From assembly GCA_040222015.1 (NCBI GenBank), contig JAVJWO010000130.1, positions 64,001 through 128,000 on the forward strand: a stretch of DNA of 64,000 bases. Direction: 5' to 3'. A program made the position numbers and the translations under genes. The first letter of the stretch is position 1; each line of letters starts with the position of its first letter. Positions 10,418-21,396 of this stretch are shown in pieces. This DNA comes from Coleofasciculus chthonoplastes F2-STO-03 (GTDB lineage: Bacteria; Cyanobacteriota; Cyanobacteriia; Cyanobacteriales; Coleofasciculaceae). Under the pieces are notes generated by a model. The model ran no database searches. It saw nothing but the letters and a program-made list of their open reading frames with translations, and was not told where the DNA came from.

Positions 10418-11833
10418 TTATTCCTGCATCCCAGAATACAAGAGTCGGGCAAATAAACGAGCGCCATCATCATGCTTTAACTCATCATAAGTGGGAGGTT
10501 CCCGGTGACTAATATCCCGCAGATCCTGAAGCAGTTCTGGATGGAATTGACAGGTAAATGAACGGCGAATCAGTTTGCTCTCGAAATCTTTGTAGTTAAT
10601 ACAGGTTGCTGAACATTCTGTCACCACTTCTGTCTCGTCAGCCGTTGAGCAAAGAATTTCCACCGCAAAGGGAAGCTGCATTAACCAAGACAAAGGACTC
10701 CCAGCTAAAATATGCCGATGGGAGATAATTGCATCATGAAGCAGTCGATATGCCCAGTTTGCAAATAGAATGGCTTCCTCATTCACTTCATCAGAGTGGA
10801 ACATGGAAATATTCAATTCATGTTCATACTCAATCGACGTATCGATCACCCCTTCAAATTCATCAGCCGTCACCTCATGGGCGATAATTACGTCTTCGGG
10901 AATGTCAGACGTGTCGCTATCCGGAGATTCATAATGCAACAATTGACGATAGCCCACTTCTTTCTTTTCATTGGGACCGACAGCAAATTCAGGATCATCC
11001 CAGTTTTCGGCAACCAGGTGTCCATTTTTCTTCTTCACCTGTAACGTACTACCCACCTGTTGAATCTGCTGGCAGACTTTTTTCAAAGATTTTAGGGCTT
11101 TGCCCTTGCGATCGCGTGCCAGATGCTCTAGGCTAAATACCTCATCCACTGCTCGTTTAATTAAACGAATGTGAGATTGTGCCGCCAATTGATGTCCCAA
11201 ACAGATAAATAAAGCTGGCGCACTGGTAGGCGATCGCGAAAGCAGCAGTTTATCGGTGAATGTATGGAGATCCTCCAGGGAACATTTGGCATCGTTAAAG
11301 GTGCTAGCATCGCGCACCGACGGATTACCCCCTTCCACAACCACCGCTAATCCTGACGTTATGATCGGCACAACTAACTCTGGATCAAGCATACCCGATG
11401 ACCAAAACGGGAACAGCAGTGAATCACAATCCGCGATTTTTTGCGCCAGATACGCCACATTCAGCGAAGCCCGAACATTTTCTCCCATTGGATTACAGCC
11501 GACATGTTCCCAGGGTTCGATCACCGCGATCGCATTGCGAAATAAGTTCGGATGCTTCATCAGGAAGTCTAAATCTTCCTGAGAATTAATCACCTTTTCC
11601 AACGGTAGTCCTTTGCCCCATTCAAAACCTTCGTTTTCCGTCGTCATGGATACGTCAGGTAAGGGATCTTCTGAATGGCGATCGGCTAAAAACCGACCCA
11701 ACAAAATGTGAACGGATTCAAAATCAGATCCCCCTTCACACAAGTAACCCGGTCTAAGTCTCCAATCATTGGTTGTTAATGTTTGAGGTTTAACAGACGA
11801 TGAGTTTGACATAAAGGATAATGAGTTCGACAT
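10418..11833 (-). CDS. Class I glutamine amidotransferase-like protein, unusually long
   Basis: ICLGHQ nucleophile elbow, MFHSDEV, QFHPE His-Glu; start may be ATG 11812. Confidence 0.8.
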   Translation of the reverse strand: MSNSLSFMSNSSSVKPQTLTTNDWRLRPGYLCEGGSDFESVHILLGRFLADRHSEDPLPDVSMTTENEGFEWGKGLPLEKVINSQEDLDFLMKHPNLFRNAIAVIEPWEHVGCNPMGENVRASLNVAYLAQKIADCDSLLFPFWSSGMLDPELVVPIITSGLAVVVEGGNPSVRDASTFNDAKCSLEDLHTFTDKLLLSRSPTSAPALFICLGHQLAAQSHIRLIKRAVDEVFSLEHLARDRKGKALKSLKKVCQQIQQVGSTLQVKKKNGHLVAENWDDPEFAVGPNEKKEVGYRQLLHYESPDSDTSDIPEDVIIAHEVTADEFEGVIDTSIEYEHELNISMFHSDEVNEEAILFANWAYRLLHDAIISHRHILAGSPLSWLMQLPFAVEILCSTADETEVVTECSATCINYKDFESKLIRRSFTCQFHPELLQDLRDISHREPPTYDELKHDDGARLFARLLYSGMQE

Positions 11834-11834
11834 C

Positions 11835-12480
11835 TATAGTGTTTTCAGATGATTCGTTTACAGCCGCAGCACTGAAAGCTTTACTGGGCAAGGGTTGCTT
11901 CTTTACATTTCAAATAAAAACGCTATAGATAGATCTGGGTCTTTAACAGGCTTTTTTCTAGTCTACTTATCAACGAGTGACCCTGGTATTTGGCTCTATA
12001 GAGCGTTTTAAATGAGAGGCAAGAAACCCTGAAGACAATTCACTAATAAGGCTTTACCACCTTTTTGCGTTTACAAATCATTTGTAAACGCTGTATGATT
12101 TTGTCAATCGATTGTCTAGCTGTGAAGTCGAAATCAATATCTTAATATTTTTATCATATTCGTTAGTGAAAGTCAATTCCTATTCTCAACATTCAAATTA
12201 ACTAAAAAAACTGTAGTCTTCACTACAAAAAGCTTCTTGTGCAAAAAATTCAGCCCTTTTTTGTTTACAAATGATTTGTAAAAGTCATGGCGTTTGGCAA
12301 GTCAATATGTCTAGCTTTTTTTACATATTCGTCATTGCAATTCTAGCTCACTTGTTAGCGAGTGACCCTGGCACTATCCTGCATAGTGTTTACAAATGAG
12401 ATGTAAGAAACCTTGAAATTAATACAAACAAAGGCTTTCAGTTATCATTTTTAGTTTACAACTGATTTGTAAAAACCATA
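11835..12480. repeat. Three related ~95-bp MITE-like units (11835-11927 inverted, 11997-12095, 12383-12480) plus a half copy near 12260
   Basis: Ends like TATAGYGTTT...AAACGCTRTA; shared GTTTACAAMTSATTTGTAAA palindrome; CGAGTGACCCTGG precedes two of them. Confidence 0.65.
12213..12226. promoter_or_regulatory. NtcA-type site GTA-N8-TAC between the divergent amidotransferase and amt
   Basis: tGTAGTCTTCACTACa flanked by A-tracts. Confidence 0.6.
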
Positions 12481-13074
12481 CAACGCTATTCCTCTTCAAA
12501 AAAAAAGCATGAAAACGCTTGTTTTTTGGGTCTATATCTCTTAAGATAGGTTTTTCTGTAAAGGTAAATGAGGTAAATCACGATAGATTCAACTTAGGAC
12601 TAGTTTCATACCTTTAAGGTTTTTAGAAGGTTCTTAGGGTCAATGGCACGCTCATTAAGCATTGTGAGATAGCCAAAACCTTTGATATGCCGTAGGGTGG
12701 GTTTCGACTTCGCTCAACCCACCAGACTTAAGTCAGTGACATTCTTCTTAGGTTAGTGAAGTGTTTGTATAGAAAACTTAAGTTGTACACATCTAGGTAT
12801 AAACGGCTTCGTCCCTATTTGGGGCGTTGACAAGTTATCTGAGTCAGAGGTAAGGCGTTAAGTCAAGACTATCGATTTAAGTGATTATTTTTGGATTCAG
12901 GTTAACAAAGGACAATAGAACAACTTGCCTGAAATTCACAAACTTTTACAATGAATAGCTTGAACATCAAGTATTCTATTTAATTATCTCTTTGCAAATG
13001 GAGATAAATTTGTTCATAAGTTCAAAATTCACTTTGCTAAATTTTGAATTTTGTTTTAAGGTAATGTATTCTCA

Positions 13075-14625
13075 ATGGAAGGAAGAAAAACCCCAAGGCT
13101 AATCGAAACTATGAAATCTCAGTCGATACCTGAAATCCTCAAAAACAGAAGGATTTCCCTACCCAAAACACAAACATTAAGTAGAGTTGTCCAGAAAATC
13201 TCTCCGGCTTGGTTAGGTTGTATTCCCCTAGCCGCTATCATCACCGTCCTTTGGCATAGTGCTGCTGATGCCCAAACCGGAGGTGGTGTTTATCTGGAAC
13301 GGCAAATTGAGGATGTCGCCACCAGTCTTGACCAACTCCAAGGATTTATCAACGTAGGATTTGTGTTGTTTGCCACAACATTGGTGGTGTTTATGAATGC
13401 TGGCTTCGGGATGCTCGAAGTGGGTATGTGCCGCCAAAAAAATGCGGTGAATATTCTCACGAAAAACTTGGTTGTTTTCGGGATTGCGATTCTGGCTTAT
13501 TGGAGCATCGGCTTCTCTTTCATGTTTGGCGCACAAGGCAATTCCTTCATTGGTTGGGGTGGCTTTTTCTTAAGCAGTGGTGATTCAGCCACTTATGGGT
13601 TGTCGCCCTTTCCCGAAAACTTACCTGTTGGCATTTTCTTTCTCTTTCAAGCCGCATTCGCTGCGACTGCTGCCACCATTGTTTCCGGTGCAGTTGCAGA
13701 ACGCATTCGCTTAGATGCCTTCCTCATTTTCAGCTTCCTGATTATCACCAGCTATACGATATCGGGTCACTGGGCTTGGGGAAGTGGCGGTTGGCTCCAA
13801 GAAATGGGTTTCACCGATTTTGCTGGGACGACAGTCGTTCACTCTTGTGGAGCTTGGGCTGCACTCGTGGGAGCGATAATGCTTGGTCCTCGGATTGGCA
13901 AATACAATGCGGATGGTTCAGCCAATACAATTGCTGCTCATAACTTCAGCCTTGCTACACTCGGAGCTTTAATTTTGTGGCTGGGTTGGTTTGGCTTTAA
14001 TCCTGGCTCACAACTCGCTTTAGATTCTAAAGTGTCCCATATTGCCATTACCACGAACTTAGCCGGTTCTACTGGTGCTGTGGTTGCCTTGATTGTCTGT
14101 TGGATTAAAGATAACAAAAAGGTGGACTTGGGCATGGTGATCAACGGTTTATTAGCCGGTCTAGTCGCCATCACGGGTGTCTGTAATGATTGCTCCTTCG
14201 CCGCTGCTATCATAATTGGAGCCATTGGCGGTGTGTTGGTGGTGTTTTCAGTTGGCTTCTTTGACTCCATCAAGATTGATGATCCCGTAGGAGCTATCTC
14301 TGTCCACTTAGTCAATGGGGCTTGGGGAACGCTTGCTGTCGGTATATTTGGCAGTAATGCAGGTTTCCAGCAAATCATGGTTCAGCTAGTGGGAATTGTC
14401 GCGATTGGTGCTTTTAGCGCTGTGATGTCAACCATCTTCTGGTTAGCCCTGAAAGCAACGATTGGGATTCGTGTTCACGAACATGAAGAAATCGAAGGCT
14501 TGGATCTGAGCGAACATGGTCAAGTTGCCTACGCTGGCTTTGCCCTCCTGGATGAGGAGGCTACGGGTGAAGCCCAACACCTAGATCATGTCCATGAACA
14601 TGATCCAAAAGCCAGCTTATCTTAA
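13075..14625 (+). CDS. amt: Ammonium transporter
   Basis: [55 protein letters not shown]. Confidence 0.97.
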   Translation: MEGRKTPRLIETMKSQSIPEILKNRRISLPKTQTLSRVVQKISPAWLGCIPLAAIITVLWHSAADAQTGGGVYLERQIEDVATSLDQLQGFINVGFVLFATTLVVFMNAGFGMLEVGMCRQKNAVNILTKNLVVFGIAILAYWSIGFSFMFGAQGNSFIGWGGFFLSSGDSATYGLSPFPENLPVGIFFLFQAAFAATAATIVSGAVAERIRLDAFLIFSFLIITSYTISGHWAWGSGGWLQEMGFTDFAGTTVVHSCGAWAALVGAIMLGPRIGKYNADGSANTIAAHNFSLATLGALILWLGWFGFNPGSQLALDSKVSHIAITTNLAGSTGAVVALIVCWIKDNKKVDLGMVINGLLAGLVAITGVCNDCSFAAAIIIGAIGGVLVVFSVGFFDSIKIDDPVGAISVHLVNGAWGTLAVGIFGSNAGFQQIMVQLVGIVAIGAFSAVMSTIFWLALKATIGIRVHEHEEIEGLDLSEHGQVAYAGFALLDEEATGEAQHLDHVHEHDPKASLS

Positions 14626-14722
14626 GTCCTGATTGATGTTAGTTCGGCTGGCTATGGACAGCTAAACAGAAAAGCGGAGACTCAATGGGGAATTCTCAGT
14701 CTTAAGGCTGAAAACTATCCTA

Positions 14723-16009
14723 ATGGCAACGGCTGTCTCCGGCTCTCTTTTAGCTTTATCCAACTCACGGTGCAGTCGAGGAGTTGGTGACATGAATAAA
14801 CCACTAATGAATTTCAGACAATCCATGAGATCCCAGTCATCCTGTGGTTTCTTTGCCCTATTGATCCTTTGTGTTCAACAATCCTCACCCTTCAAGATTC
14901 TCCGATGCCTCGATCTAACCAATCCTTTTACCACTGGGTTAGCTGTCGCATGGCTGATCGCGATTCCGACTGGGGTTTCAGCCGAACCCTTGCCGGTTAA
15001 AACTCAGCGTGTAGGTGTCGTCGGTGCTGCCCCCTTTGTTGTTCGCGAAGATACGAAGCTATCGGGCATTAGTGTAGAAATTTGGAGTAAGATCGCTAGA
15101 TCCAAAGGGATAGAGTACCAACTCATTCCCCAGTCTAATGTCCAGGCAACCCTAGATGCGATCGCCAAAGGTGACTTGGATATGGCAATTGGTCCAATTA
15201 GTATTACAGCCAAGCGCCTAGAAGAGAACATTGAATTTACTCAGCCCTATTTCCTATCGGAGATTAGCGTTTTAACTTCCAGTCAAGAACCCACCGCTTG
15301 GAGTCGCATCAAGCCTTTTTTTGGGACGGCAGTCTTGACCTCTATTGGTATCTTGATTGTGCTGCTGTTCACAGTGGGGAATCTAATTTGGTTAGTGGAA
15401 CGAAATCATAACAGTGAACACTTTCCCAAAGATTATCTTCATGGTGTCGGCAATGGGATGTGGTTTGCTTTGGTGACTCTGACGACAGTTGGCTATGGCG
15501 ATCGCACCCCGGTCACTCGCCTGGGTCGTTTTATTGCCGGAAGTTGGATGGTTGTCACCTTAGTAACGGTATCTTCTCTAACCGCAGGACTCGCATCGGC
15601 ATTTACCTTTGCGTTTTCCGGGTTGTCTACTGAGCGCATTCGTGATGCATCCGACCTCAAAAATGCTCGCGTCGTCGTCATTAAAGGCTCATCCAGTATC
15701 GTCCAAGCCCAGAAACACCAAGCTCGGATTGAAACCGTATCAAGTCTAGCTGATGGTGTGGAATTAGTTGCCACAGGTCGTGCAGATGCCATGACATTTG
15801 ACCGTCCAGCAATGGAGTACTACATCAATCAACATCCCAATCTGGATGTCAAAGTGGCGTCCTTTGCCTTAACCACGGAGCTATACGGTTTTGCTTTACC
15901 AGTCAATAGTCCTCTGATGCACGATCTGAATATCGAATTACTACGCCTATCTGAAACGGGTGAAGTACAAGACATTTTAGATCGCTGGCTTTATGCAAAA
16001 CAAGAATAG
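14723..16009 (+). CDS. GluR0-like ligand-gated K+ channel (split periplasmic binding domain plus 2-TM pore); true start probably downstream
   Basis: APFV...GISVEIW, PISITAKR, FTQPYF, TM, WFALVTLTTVGYGD K+ filter, TM, DAMTFDRP, YGFALP. Confidence 0.9.
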   Translation: MATAVSGSLLALSNSRCSRGVGDMNKPLMNFRQSMRSQSSCGFFALLILCVQQSSPFKILRCLDLTNPFTTGLAVAWLIAIPTGVSAEPLPVKTQRVGVVGAAPFVVREDTKLSGISVEIWSKIARSKGIEYQLIPQSNVQATLDAIAKGDLDMAIGPISITAKRLEENIEFTQPYFLSEISVLTSSQEPTAWSRIKPFFGTAVLTSIGILIVLLFTVGNLIWLVERNHNSEHFPKDYLHGVGNGMWFALVTLTTVGYGDRTPVTRLGRFIAGSWMVVTLVTVSSLTAGLASAFTFAFSGLSTERIRDASDLKNARVVVIKGSSSIVQAQKHQARIETVSSLADGVELVATGRADAMTFDRPAMEYYINQHPNLDVKVASFALTTELYGFALPVNSPLMHDLNIELLRLSETGEVQDILDRWLYAKQE

Positions 16010-16132
16010 CCCTGAGAGTAACACTCTCCCACGTAGTCAAGACAGATTTTGAGATTAATCTTGAGCAACAGTAGCCAAACCCAAATTCCTCAAATCTGCC
16101 CCAGCATTCCTTAAAACTCACCACGAATATTC

Positions 16133-17590
16133 ATGAGCAAGAAGAACAAATTCAATTGGCTAGTTTCAATTGCCGCGATCGCCTTAATCGGCACTGGCAC
16201 GACTGGGTGTTCTATCCTCGAATCTCCTTTTAAAGCTGATGCTCAAGATGGCACCACAACGTCCACAGCGTCAGATCTACCCCGTTTCAGTAGCGGAGAA
16301 ATTCGGTTGTTTTCGGCAAGAAATAACCCCGATATTGATAACCCTGACTTAATCAGCGGGATTAATGCGTTTGCTCAAGGGGAATACGAAGCAGCATCCG
16401 AGCTATTTGCCGCGGCGGTCGAGAATAAACCCCAAGATCCTGAAGCCCAGATTTATCTCAACAATGCTCAAGCACGGACATCCAATACTGACACTTATAT
16501 TCTGGGAGTAGCGGTTCCAGTCGGCAAGCGGATGCAAGCGTCCCGAGAAATCCTCAGAGGTGTTGCCAATGCCCAAACGGAATTTAACCAAGCGGGTGGG
16601 GCTGATGGGCGTTTGTTAGAAGTCGTTATCGTTAACGATGACAACGATCCAGAAGTTGCGGTTGAAGTGGCACAGGGAGTGATTGAGCAATATCCCAATC
16701 TCCTAGGTATCGTTGGGCATAACGATAGTGATATCAGTCAAGCGGTTACGGATATTTACTGTCCGGCGAATGTGGCGATGGTTTCCCCCACGAGTACCAG
16801 TACTGAACTTTCTGGGGACTGTTTCTTTAGAACCGTTCCCTCTGACCAAGAATCGGCTGATCGATTAGCCAACTACATTGCCCAAAGTAACGTCACTGAT
16901 CCCGTTGTCTTCTACTCCTCAAATAGTAGCTACAGTCGCAGTCTCAAAGAAGCTTTTGAGCAGGAAACGACTCTGGAAGAAGTCGCCGCTAGTGATCTGT
17001 CCCAAAGTGCTTTCAATGCTAGTCCTGAAGTGCGAAAATATGTACAAAGAGGAGCAAAAGCTGCCCTACTTTTCCCGAGTACTACCGGGACTGCACGCGC
17101 GATCGCAGTGGCTAGAGTTAATGCTTCCTTAGATCCCAATCAGCAAATGCAGATCATTGGCAATGATGCCTTATACTCCGATGAAACTTTAAAACTTGGG
17201 AAACAAGCCGTTGAAGGGATGGTTCTGACTGCGCCTTGGTATCCCAATACCTCCTATGCTCAACAGGCGGCAGAACGTTGGAACACTGAGGTCAGTTGGC
17301 GCACAGCTTACAGCTATGATGCAGCTAAAGCGTTACTGGCTGCCATCGAAACCGCTGATTCTCGTGAAGGGGTTTTACAAGCCTTGCGTGAAGTGAGTTT
17401 GCCAGCCAGTGAAACGGCGGGAGATGAACTCACGTTTGATGCTGAAGGGAATCGGGTAGGAGCATCGGTTCAGCTGGTCAAGATCGTTCCCGCAACGCCT
17501 ACACCAGATCCTAGTGAGTCTAGCACACCCGAAGAGTCACCCAGTTCAGCGACACCAACGACAGAATTTAAGTTTGAACTCTTGAAGTAA
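16133..17590 (+). CDS. LivJ-like amino-acid-binding lipoprotein with N-terminal TPR-like segment
   Basis: Lipobox TTGC, PQDPEAQIYLNNA, LGIVGH, VSPTSTS, FFRTVPSD, AYSYDAA. Confidence 0.85.
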   Translation: MSKKNKFNWLVSIAAIALIGTGTTGCSILESPFKADAQDGTTTSTASDLPRFSSGEIRLFSARNNPDIDNPDLISGINAFAQGEYEAASELFAAAVENKPQDPEAQIYLNNAQARTSNTDTYILGVAVPVGKRMQASREILRGVANAQTEFNQAGGADGRLLEVVIVNDDNDPEVAVEVAQGVIEQYPNLLGIVGHNDSDISQAVTDIYCPANVAMVSPTSTSTELSGDCFFRTVPSDQESADRLANYIAQSNVTDPVVFYSSNSSYSRSLKEAFEQETTLEEVAASDLSQSAFNASPEVRKYVQRGAKAALLFPSTTGTARAIAVARVNASLDPNQQMQIIGNDALYSDETLKLGKQAVEGMVLTAPWYPNTSYAQQAAERWNTEVSWRTAYSYDAAKALLAAIETADSREGVLQALREVSLPASETAGDELTFDAEGNRVGASVQLVKIVPATPTPDPSESSTPEESPSSATPTTEFKFELLK

Positions 17591-17683
17591 GGCTCTTCCT
17601 TGGTCACAAGGCTATTGACTTGACGACTGTCCTGAACACGAAAGAGAATAACACTCTTTCGTGACCAGAATTTCTCAATCATC

Positions 17684-17729
17684 TATAGCACTACGCACTA
17701 AGGTTAGGACACTTCTCAAGCTACTATAG
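17684..17729. repeat. Truncated MITE end related to 47095-47230
   Basis: TATAGCACTACGCAC...GTTAGGACA matches the reverse complement of the 47230 end. Confidence 0.55.
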
Positions 17730-17742
17730 TTTAAAAAATCCT

Positions 17743-19176
17743 GTGTTTACACTTAAAGACGCATTCTTCGCCTTCGTTTTTATTGCCTTATTAACTCTCG
17801 TAGGGCGATTCATTAAACAAAAAGTTTCCTGGCTGCAAAAGTTATATTTGCCCGAATCAATTGTCGCGGGTGTTTTAGCACTCTTGCTCGGACCAGAGGT
17901 TTTAGGGGCTATAGTCACCAACCTATTTGGCTCCAATGCCTTCCTCTCAGAGGGGTTATTTTCCGAACCGATCCGCCTGGTTTGGTCACAATCGTCTGGC
18001 GTTTTTATTAACGTGGTCTTCGCCGCTCTATTTTTAGGAGAATCGATTCCCAGTCTCAGAGATATTTGGCAAAAAGCCGCCCCCCAAGTTGTGTTTGGTC
18101 AAACCTTGGCTTGGGGTCAGTATGTGATCGGAATCTCAGTGACAATGCTCATTCTGACCCCTTTATTTGGCATCAGTCCAATTGCTGGAGCCTTGATTGA
18201 AATTGCTTTTGAAGGTGGACATGGAACCGCCGGGGGTATGGCTGAAACCTTCGTCGAATTGGGATTTGAAGAGGGAGCAGATTTAGCTCTAGGGTTAGCA
18301 ACCATTGGAATTGTGTCTGCTATTATCATTGGCACGATCCTAGCCAACTGGGGCAGAAAAAAGGGATACATTTCAACCGTTAGTCATCAAGCAGAACAAC
18401 CCGATGACCTGCCCGAACTCCATTCCCAAGAAACCCCTCAGGTGAGACGCCGCAGAGCAAGGCTAATGCGCGACCTTTTAATTGATCCCCTATCTCTAAA
18501 TCTGGGTTTTGTGGGAATTGCGATTATTTTGGGATGGCTGATTCTACAAATCCTGACTCAAATTGAGGCGCTGACCTGGGGAAAAACTGGGTTTCAATTG
18601 ATGATTTATGTACCGTTATTTCCCATGGCATTAGTGGGTGGTATCCTTTTGCAATTGTTCATGGAACGTAGAGGAATCAGTGCGCTAATTATTGAACCGT
18701 TGATGAAAAATATTGCGGGTGTGGCATTGGATGTGGTTATAGTTGCAGCCTTAGCCTCTATATCCTTATCCGTTTTGGGGAATAATTTGGCTCCATTCTT
18801 AATTCTCAGTGTAGTCGGTATCACCTGGAATGTTTTAGCATTCCTCTATTTAGCCCCCCGTTTGATTCCTACTTATTGGTTTGAACGCGGGATTGGGGAT
18901 ATGGGTCAGTCGATGGGGGTGACAGCAACTGGCATTTTACTACTACGCATGGTTGATCCAGACAACCGTTCTGGTGCTTTTGAAAGCTTTGCCTATAAAC
19001 AACTATTTTTCGAGCCAATTGTGGGAGGAGGTTTGTTTACCGCAGCCGCTCCCGCTTTATTAGCAAAATTGGGTTCCCTGAAGGTACTTTTAATCACGGG
19101 GGGGTTGTTAGTCTTTTGGCTATTCATGGGATTTTTCGTCCTCAAATCGACAGGGCAAATCAGAAGGAAGCAATGA
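17743..19176 (+). CDS. gltS: Sodium/glutamate symporter
   Basis: LPESIVAG, FEGGHGTAGG, GQSMGVTATG; multi-pass membrane protein. Confidence 0.9.
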   Translation: MFTLKDAFFAFVFIALLTLVGRFIKQKVSWLQKLYLPESIVAGVLALLLGPEVLGAIVTNLFGSNAFLSEGLFSEPIRLVWSQSSGVFINVVFAALFLGESIPSLRDIWQKAAPQVVFGQTLAWGQYVIGISVTMLILTPLFGISPIAGALIEIAFEGGHGTAGGMAETFVELGFEEGADLALGLATIGIVSAIIIGTILANWGRKKGYISTVSHQAEQPDDLPELHSQETPQVRRRRARLMRDLLIDPLSLNLGFVGIAIILGWLILQILTQIEALTWGKTGFQLMIYVPLFPMALVGGILLQLFMERRGISALIIEPLMKNIAGVALDVVIVAALASISLSVLGNNLAPFLILSVVGITWNVLAFLYLAPRLIPTYWFERGIGDMGQSMGVTATGILLLRMVDPDNRSGAFESFAYKQLFFEPIVGGGLFTAAAPALLAKLGSLKVLLITGGLLVFWLFMGFFVLKSTGQIRRKQ

Positions 19177-19179
19177 TCT

Positions 19180-21396
19180 ATGATTTCCAGGCTTAAAATC
19201 AATCAACTCAGTATCAAAGCCAAGCTGCAAATTTTGCTGCTAATCATTAGTTTAAGTTCGATTCTCGTCGTTAGTTATTTGGCTTGGCAGCGCTCCCAAA
19301 CCAATCTACGCAATACGATCTTTAATCAACTCACCAGTGTCCGATCATCTAAAACCTATCAAATTGAGTCGTATTTCGAGCTTTTGGAAAATCATATTAC
19401 CACCCTGGCTGAAGATCGCATGATTGTAGAAGCGATGCAAGAATTTCAGCAAGCTCATCAGTCCCTTAACCCAAATTCTAATAGAGAGAATGTAGAGAAC
19501 TCAGACAACTTGGACAACCAGTCTGTCGAAGCACAAAAAAAGACTTGGCTAGCCAGCCTAGAAACCTACTATATTGAAGAGTATTTCCCCCGCCTCAAGA
19601 AAGGAGTGCAAGGAGAGCCAAGTTTTACCGTCTATAAACCCAAGACTGTTGCCGGACTCTATCTGCAGTATCACTACATCGCCAACAACCCAAATCCTGT
19701 GGGCGAAAAAGACAAGTTACTGAATGCTGGAGAGGGTAGCCAATACAGCCAAATTCATAGTAAATATCAATCCATTTTTCGCCATTTGATTCAGGAGTTC
19801 GGTTACTATGATTTATTCCTGATTGATCCTAAAACCCTAGAAATTATCTATTCAGTTTATAAGGAAGCTGACTATGCCACCAGTTTACAAGATGGACCTT
19901 ATCGTAAAAGTAATTTAGCGGCGGTTGTGGAAGCGGTGCAAGACAGTCCAGATCGGGGAGCAGTTCAGATTGTTGATTTCAAACGCTACTATCCCTCCTA
20001 TGGCGCACCTGCCTCATTTTTTGCGGCTCCGATTTATGAGGGATCTCAACTGATCGGAATTCTCGCCATTCAATTGCCAATTGATGAAATTAATAATGTT
20101 TTAACCCAAAAACAAAACTGGAAAAATGAGGGATTAGGGGAGTCTGGGGAAACTTATTTGGTGGGTGAGGATAAACTCATGCGCTCGATATCCCGTTTTC
20201 TGTTAGAAGATAAATCAGGTTACATGAGTGCATTACGTGAGATTGGCACACCCGAAAGGACTCTAAAGTTGATTGATGCCTATGAGACCTCAATTTTGCT
20301 ACAAAAGGTTGATACAGAAGGAGTAAGGACAGCACTGCTAGGTAAATCAGGCACGCGAATTATTGATGATTATCGTAATGTTCCCGTTTTGAGTTCCTAT
20401 GCTCCGGTCAAAATTCCAGGCTTAAAGTGGGTGATTCTTTCGGAAATTGATTTGGCTGAAGCGTATCGTCCGGTTTACCAAATTCAACGCCATCTTTTCA
20501 TTACCACAATTATTTTGATTGTGATCATTACCTTGATTGCCGGTTTTCTGACGGAGCGCTTCGTGTCACCCCTGCGAGTCTTGATTTCGGCGACTCGACA
20601 AATCAGTCAAGGTGAACTGGATATCGAAATTAACCTCAAGTCTCGGGATGAATTCGGCGAACTTGCCCAGGCTTTCAACGAAATGGTTCACAGTATCCGT
20701 GACAACAATAAATTGCTGCACCAAAAGGATCAAGAAATTGAATCTTTATTGTTGAATATTTTACCCCATGCGATCGCGGAACGGGTGAAGAAGGGAGAAG
20801 AGCAACTGGTCGATCATATCCAGCAGGGAACCGTTCTATTTGCCAGTATTGTGGGAATTACAGAACTGACCTATCGAGAGGGTGTTCAGGAAATGGCGGT
20901 CAAGCTCAGCGAGTTATTTGATTCCTTCGATCTAGAGGGTCAAAATTATGGCGTTGAGCGATTCAAGGCGATTGGCGAACGCTATATTGCCATGTGTGGT
21001 GTTACCATACCTCGTTTAGACCACACCAAGCGGATGATGGATTTTGCCCTCTCCATCCAGGAAACCCTTAAAGGGTTTAACAATCGATATGACAGTAACC
21101 TCAGCTTTCGCATTGGTATCGATACGGGTACAGTTATGGCAGGTTTGATCGGCACGAACAAGTTAATGTATTACCTGTGGGGAGAAACTGTAGATATTGC
21201 CAGCAAATTAAATACTCTTGCAGAAAACAATACCATCGTTGTCAGCCACAACGTATACGAGCCATTGCATGATTTGTATTCATTTACTCGAGGTAAAACA
21301 ATCACTTTTGAAAATCAAACAACATTAAACCTCTGGATAGTTGGAAAAGAACAGTCGTTATCTGTTCTAACGAGTGACAATGAATCAATTGATTGA
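19180..21396 (+). CDS. Membrane sensor (Cache-like)-HAMP-class III cyclase-like protein with substituted catalytic residues
   Basis: TM-periplasmic-TM, HAMP (DEFGELAQAFNEM), LLLNILP, FASIVG, KAIGERY, FRIGIDTG, LWGETVDIASKL. Confidence 0.88.
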   Translation: MISRLKINQLSIKAKLQILLLIISLSSILVVSYLAWQRSQTNLRNTIFNQLTSVRSSKTYQIESYFELLENHITTLAEDRMIVEAMQEFQQAHQSLNPNSNRENVENSDNLDNQSVEAQKKTWLASLETYYIEEYFPRLKKGVQGEPSFTVYKPKTVAGLYLQYHYIANNPNPVGEKDKLLNAGEGSQYSQIHSKYQSIFRHLIQEFGYYDLFLIDPKTLEIIYSVYKEADYATSLQDGPYRKSNLAAVVEAVQDSPDRGAVQIVDFKRYYPSYGAPASFFAAPIYEGSQLIGILAIQLPIDEINNVLTQKQNWKNEGLGESGETYLVGEDKLMRSISRFLLEDKSGYMSALREIGTPERTLKLIDAYETSILLQKVDTEGVRTALLGKSGTRIIDDYRNVPVLSSYAPVKIPGLKWVILSEIDLAEAYRPVYQIQRHLFITTIILIVIITLIAGFLTERFVSPLRVLISATRQISQGELDIEINLKSRDEFGELAQAFNEMVHSIRDNNKLLHQKDQEIESLLLNILPHAIAERVKKGEEQLVDHIQQGTVLFASIVGITELTYREGVQEMAVKLSELFDSFDLEGQNYGVERFKAIGERYIAMCGVTIPRLDHTKRMMDFALSIQETLKGFNNRYDSNLSFRIGIDTGTVMAGLIGTNKLMYYLWGETVDIASKLNTLAENNTIVVSHNVYEPLHDLYSFTRGKTITFENQTTLNLWIVGKEQSLSVLTSDNESID

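Noticed and set aside
11940..12375. Riboswitch at the repeated CGAGTGACCCTGG motif
   Set aside because: I could not match glutamine or guanidine riboswitch consensus by eye; local duplication explains it, and an Rfam search would settle it
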